DNA from: an uncultured Opitutia bacterium
GTDB taxonomy: Bacteria; Verrucomicrobiota; Verrucomicrobiia; Opitutales; UBA953
Assembly (NCBI GenBank): GCA_903921665.1
Contig: CAIXQT010000012.1
Span: 1-41,238, forward strand
Direction of reading: 5' to 3'
DNA length: 41,238 bases
Both the position numbers and the translations under genes were made by a program. The notes beneath the pieces were generated by a model. That model was not told the origin of the DNA, searched no databases, and saw nothing but the letters and a program-made list of their open reading frames with translations. This document shows, piece after piece, positions 40,278 to 41,238 of this stretch (its first letter is position 1; every line of letters starts with the position of its first letter).

Positions 40278-41238
40278 TCACTTCAGCGCCAAGATCGCCA
40301 AGATCGCACCGCCCAGCGCGATGCGGTACCAGGCGAACACGCCCAGTCCGTTGCGCGAGACGTAGCCGACCAGCCACCTCACCGACACGAAGGCCGTCAC
40401 CGCCGCGACCAACAGGCCGACGCTCGCCGGGCCGGCGGGGTAGACTTGAGCGAGCGCAGGCCCCAGCGACCACATCTTATAAATTGAGGCCGCGGAAAGG
40501 GTGAGGAGTCCGACCAGGAAGGAGAACTCCGTGGCGGCCGCATGGGAGAGCCCTGCGAGGCGGCCGCCGAGAATCGTCGCCAGCGAACGGCTCGTACCGG
40601 GAATCAAGGCGAAGCATTGGCAGAGCCCGACCGTCAGAGCCGAGCGCCACCCGATCGAGGCGACTTCGTCCGTGCCAACGACTTTCGACTTCGGCAGAAG
40701 ATGCTCCGCGACCAAGATGACGAGTCCCCCGACGAGGAGGGCGGCGGCGACGACTTCGACGGAAAAAAGATGAGCCGCGATCGCATCCTTGAACAAGAAG
40801 CCGAGTATAGCGGCGGGGATGAACGCGACGACGATCGCAATGGCGAGGTCGACCGACCCCCGGTCCCCTCGACCCAGGCCGAGGAGTAGCGTGCCGATGC
40901 GGCTGAAGAACGCCACGAAGACGGCGAAGATCGCGCCGATCTGGATGATGACGATGTAGTCGTCGGCGATGCGCTCGAGGGAGACGGCACGGCCTTTACG
41001 GTCGCTGATGCCTTGCACCGTGACATCCGGAAACGCGGGGACGCCGAGAATGGCGTTACTGATGATCATGTGTCCCGTCGAGCTGACGGGCAGATACTCC
41101 GTGACGCCTTCGACCGTGCCGGTGACGACGGCGCGGGTGTACGTGAATTCACGACGAACCTCGTCGGGCGACACCGTCGTTCCATACCCGGCAAAACAGG
41201 GCAGGGAGGAGAGCAGCCACAAGCCGAAGGCGAAACGA
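40278..41238 (-). CDS. uppP: Undecaprenyl-diphosphate phosphatase (UppP/BacA) with an N-terminal extension; 5' end probably outside the window
   Basis: 'VEGVTEYLPVSSTGHMI' and 'LIPGTSRSLATILGG' are UppP signatures. The frame stays open upstream of the listed TTG 41222 to the window edge (…RFAFGLWLLSS…). Confidence 0.85.
   Translation of the reverse strand, partial: RFAFGLWLLSSLPCFAGYGTTVSPDEVRREFTYTRAVVTGTVEGVTEYLPVSSTGHMIISNAILGVPAFPDVTVQGISDRKGRAVSLERIADDYIVIIQIGAIFAVFVAFFSRIGTLLLGLGRGDRGSVDLAIAIVVAFIPAAILGFLFKDAIAAHLFSVEVVAAALLVGGLVILVAEHLLPKSKVVGTDEVASIGWRSALTVGLCQCFALIPGTSRSLATILGGRLAGLSHAAATEFSFLVGLLTLSAASIYKMWSLGPALAQVYPAGPASVGLLVAAVTAFVSVRWLVGYVSRNGLGVFAWYRIALGGAILAILALK

Overview
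High-GC bacterial chromosomal segment. Its protein families (a PSCyt1/DUF1549/DUF1553 + DUF1501 pair, a 'membrane-bound dehydrogenase'-HEAT-cytochrome c giant, ThuA, DUF1080, several Tat-signal Gfo/Idh/MocA oxidoreductases) point by inference to a Verrucomicrobiota/Planctomycetota (PVC) genome. I call 35 protein-coding genes (first and last truncated by the window edges), two tRNA-Lys genes, one strong and two weak terminator hairpins, one striking palindromic heptad-repeat element and one AT-rich regulatory region. Housekeeping blocks: glmM-(LbH GlmU-like)-glmS; asd-SpoU methyltransferase-tRNA-Lys x2; mreB-mreC-mreD-mrdA with start/stop overlaps; uppP. Accessory blocks: an AraC-controlled Tm-1-like/PEP-hydrolase-like/EamA module; a 1707-aa secreted ThuA-propeller-HEAT-cytochrome c-ThuA fusion; two convergent Tat-exported oxidoreductases; a probable CLC-F fluoride antiporter; and a ten-gene same-strand cluster (26879->14471) running from the PSD1/DUF1501 pair through MFS, esterase, DUF1080, DUF6428 and a sugar ABC importer to a secreted double-NIPSNAP protein. 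I found no CRISPR array, transposase, integrase, phage gene or recognisable defence system. The best candidates for undescribed biology are the PSD1/DUF1501-headed operon, the giant redox fusion, the Tm-1-like pair, the heptad palindrome, a tandem zinc-ribbon mini-protein and a uORF coupled to glmM. All of these are hypotheses. The many long ORFs antisense to these genes are treated as high-GC shadow ORFs. All family assignments come from motif recognition by eye; no searches were run.
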